This document shows, piece by piece, positions 1 through 9,273 of a stretch of DNA of 64,000 bases (positions are counted from its first letter, which is position 1; every line of letters starts with the position of its first letter). The notes beneath the pieces were generated by a model. That model was not told the DNA's origin and ran no database searches. It worked only from the letters and a program-made list of their open reading frames with translations. The position numbers and the translations under genes were made by a program. The stretch is from a bacterium (GTDB lineage Bacteria; Myxococcota_A; Polyangia; HGW-17; JAJRWW01): the NCBI GenBank assembly GCA_043825095.1, contig JBDRSE010000156.1:125309-189308 (forward strand), given 5' to 3'.

Positions 1-1
1 C

Positions 2-163
2 ACGTATACCAACGACTGTGGCATCGGCGTAGGCTGCATGGGCAACCCAGGCGTCTGCACCGAGCTGTGCCACGGTGATGGCGACTGCACCACGGGCACC
101 TGCCAGGGCATCGGTCAGGTCGCCCCGGGCGCGAACAACGCCGACGTCGGCGCCTGCCAGTAG
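2..163 (+). CDS. C-terminal end of a Cys-rich secreted protein (partial, runs off window start)
   Basis: Open frame from window edge to TAG at 161-163; translation ...CTELCHGDGDCTTGTCQG... is Cys/Gly-rich like the downstream gene. Confidence 0.35.
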   Translation, partial: TYTNDCGIGVGCMGNPGVCTELCHGDGDCTTGTCQGIGQVAPGANNADVGACQ

Positions 164-259
164 GCTGGGGTCCCCCCGGCTCCCCTTCCCCACTCGATTG
201 CCTGCCGGCGGTCGCGTGGGAAGCTCGAACCACCCATTCTCGATACATTTTTCGCGCCG

Positions 260-1903
260 GTGCTTGACGGCGAGCCTGTTTCTTTTCTACGTTATGCCAC
301 GGAACCTGCGTACTTCAGGGAGTCAGACATGCAGCGGGCAATGAAGCGGTTCGGCAGCGCGACCCTCGCGGTCGTCTTTCTTTCAGTGGCGGGCGTGGGG
401 CTCCTGTCCTGCGCCAAGTCGAGCGGGACGAACTGTGGCAACGGCTTCCGAGACGGGGACGAGGCGTGCGACGGTCTCGATCTGTACGGAATGGACTGCC
501 AGTCCCTCGGGCTGGGGCTGGGCCCGCTCAAGTGCACGCAGAGCTGCACCTTCGACACCACGGCCTGCTCCGCCTCGTCCAACTGCGGCAACGGCTTCCG
601 GGAGGGAGCGGAGTTCTGCGACGGCGCAGACCTCGGCGGCCAGAGCTGCGAGTCGCTCAACCTGGGTCCCGGGCTCCTGGCGTGCGGCGCGAGCTGCGAG
701 TTCGACACGACCAACTGCCAGCAGGGCGCGGTGTGCGGCAATGGCGTGGTGGAGGGCGTGGAGCAGTGCGACGGGTTCAATCTGGACGGCAAGAACTGCG
801 CGAGCCCCGAGGTGGGGTTCGCGGGCGGCTCGCTGAGCTGTGTCGCGGCTTCGTGCACCTTCGACACCTCGGGCTGCACCACGGGCTCGGTGTGCGGCAA
901 CTCCCTGCAGGAGGGCACCGAGGAGTGTGACGGCGCGGATCTGCACGGCGTCACGTGTGTCTCCCTCGGCTACGCCGGCGGCCAGCTCAGCTGCAACGCG
1001 AACTGCACGCGAAACACGGCGGGCTGCACGCAGACCGCCGAGGTGTGTGACAACGGCGTGGATGACGATTCCGACGGCTTCGTGGACTGCAACGACGGCG
1101 ACTGCTTCTCCAGCCCGGCGTGCGGCGGGAGCCCGGAGAACTGCTCGAACGGCGTGGACGACGACCAGGACGGCCAGATCGATTGTGACGACCTGGACTG
1201 CAACGGGAGCCCCTCGTGCACCACCACCGGAGAGATCTGCGACAACGGCGTGGACGACGACGGGAACTTCCTGTGCGACTGCAACGACATCTTCGCGTGT
1301 CTGTTCGACTTTGCCTGCCTGCTCGCGCCCACCGTGGAGACCAACTGCACCGACGGCCAAGACGATGACCTGGACTGCGATGTGGACTGCGACGACTCGG
1401 ACTGCGCCGCGGATCCCGCCTGCGGCGGGCTGGCGGAGATCTGCGACAACGGCATCGACGACGACTCGGACGGGGACGTGGACTGCGCCGACGCCGACTG
1501 CGCAGGGCACGCGAGCTGCCCCACCTGCACCCCCCAGACGACCATCAGCTGTGGGGACACGTTGGGCGGCGACACGTCCTCGGGCCTGCCGAACATCACC
1601 GCGTACGGCTGCGGCGCCTATAACGATTCCGGCCCGGAGGCGTACTTCGTCTTCAGCCACACGAGCGGCGGCGCGGTGACCATCGATCTGGTCGGCACCG
1701 GCGGGGCAGACCTCGAGCTGTTGCTCGTGGGGGCGTCGGGCGGCGACTGCGACTATCAGAACAGCTGCCTGGAGTACAGCCAGCAGTCGGGCGGCACCGA
1801 GCAGATCCAGTTCACCGCCGCGGCGGGAAGCTCCTACTTCATCATCGTAGACGGCTACTCGAACGCCGCCGGCCCCTTCAACCTCACGGTGACCTGCCCG
1901 TAG
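260..1903 (+). CDS. Cys-rich repeat lipoprotein (Myxococcales-type CGNG..E.CDG repeats x5, DxDxDGxxDCxDxDC repeats) with C-terminal pre-peptidase (PPC)-like domain
   Basis: Signal peptide with lipobox LLSC; five ~45-aa Cys-rich repeats; five Asp-rich D-x-D-G-x-x-D-C repeats; C-terminal beta-sandwich-like segment; ORF track. Confidence 0.65.
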   Translation: MLDGEPVSFLRYATEPAYFRESDMQRAMKRFGSATLAVVFLSVAGVGLLSCAKSSGTNCGNGFRDGDEACDGLDLYGMDCQSLGLGLGPLKCTQSCTFDTTACSASSNCGNGFREGAEFCDGADLGGQSCESLNLGPGLLACGASCEFDTTNCQQGAVCGNGVVEGVEQCDGFNLDGKNCASPEVGFAGGSLSCVAASCTFDTSGCTTGSVCGNSLQEGTEECDGADLHGVTCVSLGYAGGQLSCNANCTRNTAGCTQTAEVCDNGVDDDSDGFVDCNDGDCFSSPACGGSPENCSNGVDDDQDGQIDCDDLDCNGSPSCTTTGEICDNGVDDDGNFLCDCNDIFACLFDFACLLAPTVETNCTDGQDDDLDCDVDCDDSDCAADPACGGLAEICDNGIDDDSDGDVDCADADCAGHASCPTCTPQTTISCGDTLGGDTSSGLPNITAYGCGAYNDSGPEAYFVFSHTSGGAVTIDLVGTGGADLELLLVGASGGDCDYQNSCLEYSQQSGGTEQIQFTAAAGSSYFIIVDGYSNAAGPFNLTVTCP

Positions 1904-1972
1904 CCCCGATGCCGGTCAGGCAAGAAACGCCGGACAAGATCTCTCCCTTGGTGCTGGTGCCGCCGGAAATTC

Positions 1973-2010
1973 GCAAAAAAAAGGCGCCTGGGTTCCGGGA
2001 ACCCAGACGC
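1973..2010 (-). terminator. Rho-independent terminator downstream of the tRNA-Pro/Arg/His cluster
   Basis: A8 run followed by inverted repeat gcgcctgggttcc/ggaacccagacgc on the + strand, i.e. hairpin + U-tract for the minus-strand transcript. Confidence 0.5.
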
Positions 2011-2014
2011 CGTG

Positions 2015-2091
2015 TGGGGTGAGCGAGGGGACTTGAACCCCCGACAACCGGGGCCACAACCCGGTGCTCTACCACCTGAGCTACGCCCACC
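2015..2091 (-). tRNA. tRNA-His (anticodon GTG), with G-1 and encoded CCA
   Basis: Cloverleaf read on reverse complement: acceptor GTGGGCG/CGCTCAC, anticodon loop ttGTGgc, T-arm GGTTCAAGTCC, extra 5' G paired with discriminator C. Confidence 0.85.
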
Positions 2092-2109
2092 ACATCAGGC
2101 CTTCTCCGT

Positions 2110-2183
2110 TACGCCCGGCAGGACTCGAACCTGCGTCCCACGGCTTAGAAGGCCGTTGCTCTATCCAACTGAGCTACGGGCGC
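2110..2183 (-). tRNA. tRNA-Arg (anticodon TCT)
   Basis: Reverse complement GCGCCCGTAGCTCAGTTGGATAGAGCAACGGCCTTCTAAGCCGT...GGTTCGAGTCC...; anticodon loop cTTCTaa. Confidence 0.85.
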
Positions 2184-2214
2184 TCGCGGTGCCGGTCGCG
2201 TCCTGGAGCACCAG

Positions 2215-2289
2215 TCGGGGCGAGAGGATTCGAACCTCCGACATCCTGCTCCCAAAGCAGGCGCGCTAACCAGACTGCGCTACGCCCCG
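2215..2289 (-). tRNA. tRNA-Pro (anticodon TGG)
   Basis: Reverse complement CGGGGCGTAGCGCAGTCTGGTTAGCGCGCCTGCTTTGGGAGCAGG...GGTTCGAATCC...; anticodon stem cctgc/gcagg, loop tTTGGga. Confidence 0.85.
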
Positions 2290-2406
2290 CTCGCCGAGAC
2301 GCCAGTCTATATGACAACCAGTGGGCTGCGATCAAGAGAAAAAGACGAAACCCTACGGGGTTGGCGACATCGCGTCCCCGCGCTGGGCTCCCAACAAAGC
2401 CTGCGC

Positions 2407-3015
2407 TCAGTGAAAGTATCGCTTCAGGAAGGACTGCATGAGCCGCATCGCCATCGCGCGGTGGCTGATGGTGTTTTTCACATCGGCCGGCAGCTCGGCA
2501 AACGTCTGGCCGCGCTCTGGGACCCAAAAAAGCGGGTCGTACCCGAATCCACCGGCGCCCTGCGGAGCCTCGGCAATGAGGCCGTTACACCGGCCCCGGG
2601 TGAGCTCCACGTGCTCGCCCAGGGTCCCATGGGGGTCGGCGAAGGCCATCACGCACACGAAATGCGCCTGCCGGCGCTCTGTCGGGACGTCTCGGAGCAG
2701 CTCCAGCAGGCGTTCGTTGTTGGCCCGGTCATCGGCGTCCGGCCCGGCAAACCGGGCCGAACGAACCCCTGGCGCGCCCCGCAGGGCCTCCACCACCAGC
2801 CCGCTGTCGTCTGCCAGGGACGGCTGACCCACGGCCGCACTGACCTCGAGCGCCTTCTTCGCGGCGTTGGCTTCGAAGGTGAGGCCGTCTTCCTCCACGT
2901 CCGGCGCCCCGAGGTCTGCGGCGGAAACCACCTCGAGCCCCAGGGGCTTCACCAGCGCCCTGAGCTCGGACAGCTTGCCGCGATTGCGGGTGGCGAAGAC
3001 CAGGGTAGAAGCCAT
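2407..3015 (-). CDS. rdgB: dITP/XTP pyrophosphatase (Ham1/RdgB family)
   Basis: MASTLVFATRNRGKLSEL... FGYDPLF motifs typical of Ham1; ATG at 3015 chosen over ORF-track start 3054 (the upstream in-frame ATG at 3054 overlaps the rph stop 3051-3053). Confidence 0.85.
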   Translation of the reverse strand: MASTLVFATRNRGKLSELRALVKPLGLEVVSAADLGAPDVEEDGLTFEANAAKKALEVSAAVGQPSLADDSGLVVEALRGAPGVRSARFAGPDADDRANNERLLELLRDVPTERRQAHFVCVMAFADPHGTLGEHVELTRGRCNGLIAEAPQGAGGFGYDPLFWVPERGQTFAELPADVKNTISHRAMAMRLMQSFLKRYFH

Positions 3016-3050
3016 CTCAGAACCCTTCGCTGTCATGCCTGTCCCGCGGA

Positions 3051-3789
3051 TCACGCCGGGGAGGAATCATCCAGCGCCTGTCGCTGCTTGTCCACGAGCG
3101 TCCGGATGCCTGCCAAGGCCAGGTCCAGCATGCGGTCCAGCTGTTCCCGGCTGAACGCCGCGCCCTCAGCCGTTCCCTGGAGCTCCACAAGCCGGCCCGA
3201 GCCGGTCATGGCGACGTTCAGATCCACGTCGGCGCGGCTGTCCTCTTCGTATCTGAGATCGAGCAGGGCTGCGTCCCCCAGGAGCCCGACGCTGACCGCG
3301 GCCACGGGCTCGCGCAGGGCCTCTGGTTTCACTTTCTGCTCCCGCACCAGCCCGGCGATCGCCAGGGCGAGGGCCACATATCCGCCGGTGATGGCCGCGG
3401 TGCGGGTGCCGCCGTCGGCCTGTAGTACGTCGCAGTCCACGGTGATCGCGTAGCCTTGGAGGGCTTGGAGATCCACGGCCTGCCGGAGGCAGCGCCCCAC
3501 GAGGCGGGAGATCTCCTTGGCGCGGCTGTTCTGCATCCGGCGGCCCCGGGTGTTCGTGGACCGGGGCAGCATGGCGTACTCGGCCGTGACCCAGCCCGTG
3601 CCGGCCTGCTCGGCGAAGGACGGGACGCTGGTCTCCACCGATGCGGTGCAGAGCACCCGGGTCCGGCCGAAGCTGATCTCAGCGGATCCCTCGGGGTGCA
3701 TCAGCACGCCGGTGGTCAGGGTGATCGGCCGCAGCTGATCCGGTTCGCGGTCGGTCCGGTGATAGGCGGGTCGGGGAGCAGAGGTCATG
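3051..3789 (-). CDS. rph: Ribonuclease PH
   Basis: 245-aa C-terminal part of the 3051..4352 ORF matches RNase PH ([12 protein letters not shown]..., [10 protein letters not shown]); ATG at 3789 preceded by the rest of the ORF, which has no homology. Confidence 0.88.
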
Positions 3790-4019
3790 GGTTCACCTTT
3801 TCGATCCGTTGATGGGCGGGCATCATGCCATAATCCTCGGCTGAGGCAAGGGCAATGGCGTGGATCGGGCGCTGTTCCCAGCAGGGTTAGGGACCGCGCC
3901 GGGATAGGGAGTGGTTTCCTCTGTTGACACGCGGGGCAGTCAGCGGTAAGAGAACGGCTCCTGCGGGATCCCCGGATCCCTGGGAGCCGTGTATTCAAGC
4001 TACGCAGGAAAGGAGATCG

Positions 4020-4253
4020 ATGTCGCAACACAATCCGGAACCGGTCCTTGGTCGGCCGCTTGAGGTCAAGGTGGATGAGCGGGGCGTTGAGCGCGCCATC
4101 CGCAAGCTGCGCCGACTCACGGCGGGCGAGGGTGTGCTTCGCGAGATGAAACGCAGACGGCACTACGAGAAGCCGAGCCAGCGGCGCAAGCGCAAGACCC
4201 GCGAGGCCGCCCGACGGCGCAAGCGCCGGATGCGTCGCCAGGAGACTCCCTGA
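4020..4253 (+). CDS. rpsU: 30S ribosomal protein S21
   Basis: [33 protein letters not shown]...[12 protein letters not shown]; RBS aggag at 4011-4015; internal start within the 3924 ORF. Confidence 0.85.
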   Translation: MSQHNPEPVLGRPLEVKVDERGVERAIRKLRRLTAGEGVLREMKRRRHYEKPSQRRKRKTREAARRRKRRMRRQETP

Positions 4254-4335
4254 CCCGCGACTCGTCTCTGGTAGCCCGCCGGCTCGCTCTCCCATTCGTT
4301 CCCTGTTTCCGCCGTTGTAGTATTCTGCCACGACC

Positions 4336-5295
4336 ATGCCCCGTCCCCCCAAGCTGCATGTAACGCTGGGCGATCCAGACGGGATCGGGCCCGAGGTGGT
4401 GCTGCGCGCGCTCCGCGGCTGGAGCGGCGTCGTCCCGGTGGTTCACGGACATCGCGCAGTGCTTGACCGGGCTGCGCGCCTGCTGGGGATCCCGGCGCCC
4501 GGCACGCGCGAAGGGCCGCCGCTGGAGCTCCGCGAACCGGAGGGCGCCGATCCCTTTGAGCAGCCGGGCCGGGCACAGGTGGCCATCCTGGAGCAGGCCG
4601 CCCGCTCGGTGGGGCAGGGCGAGGTCGACGCCCTGGTGACAGCGCCCATCAGCAAGGACACCATCTGCGGGGCGGGGTTCGCCTTTCCGGGGCACACCGA
4701 CTTTCTCGCCTCCCGGGCCGGGACGGACGCCGTGATGCTGTTCGCCGGGCCCCGACTCCGGGTGGCGCTGGCCACGGTGCACGTTCCGCTCCGGGAGGTG
4801 GCAGACCACCTGACCGCCGAGCGTCTCGTTGTCGTGCTCAAGCTCACGGCGAGCGCCCTCTGTCGGGATTTCGGGATTTCCCGGCCGCGCATCGCGGTCG
4901 CCGGGCTGAATCCCCATGCCGGAGAGGCGGGCCTCCTCGGCGACGAAGAGGAGCGGGTGATGGCTCCCGCGATCCGGGCCGCGCGGGCCTCGGTGGAGGG
5001 GCGAGGGATCAAGGGGAGCATCCACGGCCCGATCCCAGGGGATAGCGTCTTCCGGCGTGCCCTCGCCCAGGAGTTCGACGTGGTGGTGGCAGCCTATCAT
5101 GACCAGGCGCTCATCCCGGTAAAGCTGCTCGATTTCCAGCGCACGGTGAATGTCACCCTGGGTTTGCCCTACGTGCGGACGTCTCCGGCCCACGGAACGG
5201 CCAAGGACATCGCGTGGACCGGTCGGGCCGATCCGACGAGCATGGTCGCAGCGCTCGAGCTCGCGCTCAAGCTGGCGTCACGCCGTTGTCCCTGA
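4336..5295 (+). CDS. pdxA: 4-hydroxythreonine-4-phosphate dehydrogenase
   Basis: Full-length PdxA-like sequence ([38 protein letters not shown]). Confidence 0.85.
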   Translation: MPRPPKLHVTLGDPDGIGPEVVLRALRGWSGVVPVVHGHRAVLDRAARLLGIPAPGTREGPPLELREPEGADPFEQPGRAQVAILEQAARSVGQGEVDALVTAPISKDTICGAGFAFPGHTDFLASRAGTDAVMLFAGPRLRVALATVHVPLREVADHLTAERLVVVLKLTASALCRDFGISRPRIAVAGLNPHAGEAGLLGDEEERVMAPAIRAARASVEGRGIKGSIHGPIPGDSVFRRALAQEFDVVVAAYHDQALIPVKLLDFQRTVNVTLGLPYVRTSPAHGTAKDIAWTGRADPTSMVAALELALKLASRRCP

Positions 5296-5464
5296 CGTGG
5301 TCCGTTGTGCCCTGCTCAGGTCGATCACTACGGTTGACAAGCTGCGTCAAGTTGGTATTTTCCGTACTCTTCGGTAGTGGGCAAATGCAGAAGCAACGCA
5401 GTACGAGGCGCCGAGCGCGTAGGTGGAGCGAGGCGCGCGGGTAGAGCGGAGTAGGTGGATATCG

Positions 5465-8323
5465 GTGTCGGCGGCCAAGAACATCGTTATCAAGGGTGCT
5501 CGCACCCACAACCTCAAGAACATTGACGTTGTCCTCCCCCGGGACAAACTCGTCGTGATTACAGGTATATCCGGGTCTGGAAAGTCCAGCCTGGCCTTTG
5601 ATACGGTGTACGCGGAGGGGCAGCGGCGGTACGTGGAGAGCCTCTCGGCCTACGCCCGGCAGTTTCTGCCGCGAAATGCCAAGCCCGACGTGGACTCCAT
5701 CGACGGGCTCAGCCCGGCCGTGGCCATCGAGCAGCGGAACGCATCCAAGAATCCCCGCTCCACCGTGGGCACGGTCACTGAGATCTACGACTACATCCGA
5801 CTCCTCTACGCCCGTCTCGGCAAGCCCTATTGTCCGGAGTGCAAGCTGCCCATCAGCTCCCAGTCTGTGCAGCAGATTGTCGACGCGGTGCTCAAGTTTG
5901 AGAACGGGACGCGGTTTTCCGTGGTCGCGCCGGTGATCCGTCGCCAGATGGGGCAGTTCAAGACCGAGCTGAACGCGCTCCGACGGGAGGGCTTCACCCG
6001 AGTGGCCATCGACGGTGAGCTTTGCGATCTCGGGGACGAGGTCAAGCTGGATCGGCGCCGGCGCCACGACATCGATGTGTACGTCGACCGGCTCGTGATG
6101 AAAGAAGGCCTGCGCCGGCGGTTGACCGACTCGGTGGAGATCGCCCTCCGCTTGGCCGGGGGCCAGGTCAAGATCTCGCCCTTGGAAGGGGACAAGGACT
6201 TCCACTTCTCTCAGAGCTTCGCCTGCGTCGAGTGCGGCTTCAGCATTCCGGACCTCTCGCCGCGCATGTTCTCGTTCAACAATCCGCAGGGCGCCTGCAC
6301 GCGGTGCGACGGCCTGGGTCGGCTGTTCCAGTTTGACGACGAGCGCGTCGTGCACGAGCCGGACCTGTCGCTGCGGGAAGGCGCCATCGAGCCCTGGGCG
6401 CGTCGCTCTGCGGCGTACTTCCAGCAGATTCTGGAGGTGGTGGCCAAGCAGTACGGTTTCGACCTGTACACGCCCTACCGGCTGCTGACCAAGGAAGCGA
6501 AGGAGGTCCTGCTGCACGGCTCCGGCGAGGAGAAGCTCGTTTTCCCCACCGGACGCGGGAGCGACAAGGTGACCCGCCCCTTCGAGGGAGTGATTCCCAA
6601 CCTGGAGCGGCGGCTGCGCGAGATGGAGCGCCGCCGCCGTGACGGCGGTCATTCCGAGGACGGAGTGGACGACGCCTTCGAGGAGTTCCACCGCTACATG
6701 CGGGAGGTGATCTGCCCCGACTGCAAGGGCACCCGGCTGCGGAAGGAGTCCCGGCACGTCCTGCTGAACGACATGCCGATTCACAAGGTGACCCGGCTGA
6801 ACATCGGGGACTGCCTGGCCTTCTTCCGTGGACTGAAGCTCGAGAAGCAGGAGCAGGAGATCGGCGAGCGGGTCCTCCGGGAGGTCACGGACCGGCTCAG
6901 CTTCCTGGACGAAGTCGGGGTCGGTTACCTGACCGTGGACCGCTCCGTGGCCACGCTGTCGGGCGGCGAATCCCAGCGCATTCGACTGGCCACGCAGATC
7001 GGCTCCGCCCTCACTGGCGTGCTCTACATTCTCGACGAGCCGTCCATCGGCCTGCACCAGCGAGACAACCAGCGGCTGCTCAAGACGCTGGCACGACTGC
7101 GGGATCTCGGCAACACGGTGCTCATCGTGGAGCACGACGAGGACACCATCCGCGCGGCCGATTACGTGGTGGACATGGGCCCGGGCGCCGGTCAGGTGGG
7201 CGGCCGGGTGGTGGCCGCGGGTGCGCCCGAGGAGCTGGAAGGGAACGCCAACTCCCTGACCGGAGCCTACCTGTCCGGGCGGCGACGCATCGAAGTGCCG
7301 AAGCGACGGCGCAAGCCATCGCACGGCTTTCTGGTGGTCAAGGGCGCGACCAACAACAACCTGCGGAAGCTCACCGTCCGCTTCCCCATCGGCGTGTTCA
7401 CCTGCGTCACCGGTGTGTCGGGCTCGGGCAAATCGTCCCTCGTGGTCGACACCCTCCTCCGGGCGCTCCAGGAGCGGCTGTACCGCTCCAGTAAAATCGT
7501 CGGGCCCTACGAGGAGCTCACCGGTGTGCACCTCATCGACAAGGTGGTCGCCATCGACCAGAGCCCCATCGGACGCACCCCGCGCTCCAATCCGGCGACG
7601 TACACGGGGGTGTTCACGCACATCCGGGATCTCTTTGCGCAGCTCCCCGAAGCCAAGATGCGTGGCTACAAGGCCGGGCGCTTCTCCTTCAACGTCAAGG
7701 GGGGGCGCTGCGAGTCCTGTGAAGGGGACGGAGTGCTCCGCATCGAGATGAACTTCCTGCCGGACGTCTACGTCACCTGCGAGGTGTGCGAGGGGCGGCG
7801 GCTCAACCGGGAAACCCTCGAGGTGCGGTTCAAGGGGAAGAACATCGCCGATGTGCTGGACATGACCGTTCGGCAGGCGCACGTGTTCCTGGGGCACGTG
7901 CCCAAGATTCGCCAGAAGCTGGAAACGCTCATCGAGGTCGGCCTGGACTATCTGCGCCTGGGACAGCCGGCAAACACGCTGTCGGGGGGCGAGGCCCAGC
8001 GGATCAAGATCTCCCGGGAGCTCTCCAAGAAGTCCAACGGCATGACCCTTTACATCCTCGACGAGCCCACCACCGGGTTGCACTTCGAGGACATCAACCG
8101 TCTGCTGGACGTGCTGAATCGGCTCACGGATTCCGGAAACACCGTGGTCGTCATCGAGCACAACCTGGACGTGATCAAGTGTGCCGACTACATCATCGAT
8201 CTCGGCCCGGAAGGGGGAGACAAAGGCGGCGAGCTCGTTGCCGCCGGCTCGCCTCGCGACGTCGCCAAGGTGGCGCGTTCCTACACGGGGCAGTACCTGA
8301 AAGAGGCCCTCAAGGTCAAGTAG
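5465..8323 (+). CDS. uvrA: Excinuclease ABC subunit A
   Basis: Two ABC ATPase modules, zinc-finger Cys motifs, IVIKGARTHNLKNI N-terminus; GTG at 5465 with RBS aggtgga preferred over GTG at 5423 (start uncertain). Confidence 0.9.
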   Translation: MSAAKNIVIKGARTHNLKNIDVVLPRDKLVVITGISGSGKSSLAFDTVYAEGQRRYVESLSAYARQFLPRNAKPDVDSIDGLSPAVAIEQRNASKNPRSTVGTVTEIYDYIRLLYARLGKPYCPECKLPISSQSVQQIVDAVLKFENGTRFSVVAPVIRRQMGQFKTELNALRREGFTRVAIDGELCDLGDEVKLDRRRRHDIDVYVDRLVMKEGLRRRLTDSVEIALRLAGGQVKISPLEGDKDFHFSQSFACVECGFSIPDLSPRMFSFNNPQGACTRCDGLGRLFQFDDERVVHEPDLSLREGAIEPWARRSAAYFQQILEVVAKQYGFDLYTPYRLLTKEAKEVLLHGSGEEKLVFPTGRGSDKVTRPFEGVIPNLERRLREMERRRRDGGHSEDGVDDAFEEFHRYMREVICPDCKGTRLRKESRHVLLNDMPIHKVTRLNIGDCLAFFRGLKLEKQEQEIGERVLREVTDRLSFLDEVGVGYLTVDRSVATLSGGESQRIRLATQIGSALTGVLYILDEPSIGLHQRDNQRLLKTLARLRDLGNTVLIVEHDEDTIRAADYVVDMGPGAGQVGGRVVAAGAPEELEGNANSLTGAYLSGRRRIEVPKRRRKPSHGFLVVKGATNNNLRKLTVRFPIGVFTCVTGVSGSGKSSLVVDTLLRALQERLYRSSKIVGPYEELTGVHLIDKVVAIDQSPIGRTPRSNPATYTGVFTHIRDLFAQLPEAKMRGYKAGRFSFNVKGGRCESCEGDGVLRIEMNFLPDVYVTCEVCEGRRLNRETLEVRFKGKNIADVLDMTVRQAHVFLGHVPKIRQKLETLIEVGLDYLRLGQPANTLSGGEAQRIKISRELSKKSNGMTLYILDEPTTGLHFEDINRLLDVLNRLTDSGNTVVVIEHNLDVIKCADYIIDLGPEGGDKGGELVAAGSPRDVAKVARSYTGQYLKEALKVK

Positions 8324-8493
8324 TGGGCCTGCCGCTATTTCTACTACGACCGTTGTGATCTACCGAGCAACGCGTCCTGCCTGGACTGGCAAGCTGCCTG
8401 TCTGTCGAGAAACTGTAACGATGCTCGCGTTGGGGACCTACTTGAACCTCGGATAAGTGTATTTTCTCTTACTTTTTTATATCAATTTATGAT

Positions 8494-9243
8494 ATGTGTT
8501 ACCCATTGCAGACTGGGACATCCATGCTCTGCCCAGCTGCTCGGGAGGTCGAGGTGCAAGAAGAACGACGATTGCTCTGGTATCTGAAGAAATTACCAAT
8601 TCTCGAGGGGCTCCCGGGAAACGTGCTTCAGGAGCTCGTGGGCCGCGTGGAGATGCGAGAAGTTCGGCGACGTCAAGTGATCTACATTCCCGGTGATCCC
8701 GGGCAGTCGGTGTTCTTTCTGAACGGCGGCCGGGTGAAGATCTCCAAGGTCACCCGGGATGGTCGGGAGCTCACGTTGGCGTACCGCGTGCCCGGTCAGA
8801 TCTTTGGCGAGCTCTGCCTGGGCGAAGGCAGCCCTCGGGAGGAGATGGCCGAGGCCATGGAGAACGCGCTGATCACCGAGCTGGATCGCGAGGTGTTCGA
8901 GAAGCTCGTCGACCGGAATCCGCGGCTCGCCTTCGAGCTGATGCATGTCTCGAACCAGCGCCGGCAGGAGGTAGAGAACAAGGTCGCCCGTCTGATCTTC
9001 CGCGACGTGAACGCCAAGCTGGCCGACCTGCTGATCAGCTTGGGTCAAGAGTACGGGGTGGAGGATGCCCGCGGCACCCTCGTAGCCATCAAGATCACTC
9101 ACCAGGAGATGGCGAATCTGATCGGCTCCACCCGGGAAACGGTGAGCCTCACCTTGTCGCAGTTCAAGAAGCAGGGGCTCATCACCATGGACGGCCGCAA
9201 GGTCATCGTCACGGATTTCGACGGGCTCAAGGCGCTCGCCTAA
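8494..9243 (+). CDS. Crp/Fnr-family transcriptional regulator (cNMP-binding + C-terminal HTH)
   Basis: cNMP-binding beta-roll (IYIPGDPGQSVFFLNGGRVKISK...GELCL) and C-terminal HTH (RETVSLTLSQFKKQGLI); preceded by an AT-rich promoter region 8440-8493; start may be ATG at 8524. Confidence 0.8.
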   Translation: MCYPLQTGTSMLCPAAREVEVQEERRLLWYLKKLPILEGLPGNVLQELVGRVEMREVRRRQVIYIPGDPGQSVFFLNGGRVKISKVTRDGRELTLAYRVPGQIFGELCLGEGSPREEMAEAMENALITELDREVFEKLVDRNPRLAFELMHVSNQRRQEVENKVARLIFRDVNAKLADLLISLGQEYGVEDARGTLVAIKITHQEMANLIGSTRETVSLTLSQFKKQGLITMDGRKVIVTDFDGLKALA

Positions 9244-9273
9244 CCGCCCCGACCTTCGCGGTTTTCCTGACTT

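Noticed and set aside
3790-4352. Upstream 187 aa of the 3051..4352 ORF as an N-terminal extension of RNase PH
   Set aside because: It has no homology and is Gly/Arg/Pro-rich. The ATG at 3789 gives a canonical 245-aa RNase PH.
5267-8161. 964-aa antisense ORF opposite uvrA (also 60026..63181, 38348..40999, 28912..31584, 52614..54086 and other long minus-strand ORFs opposite well-supported genes)
   Set aside because: These overlap genes with strong homology on the other strand. Their translations are Arg/Ala/Gly/Pro-rich low-complexity sequence typical of stop-codon-poor antisense frames in ~70% GC DNA. No RBS or domain evidence.
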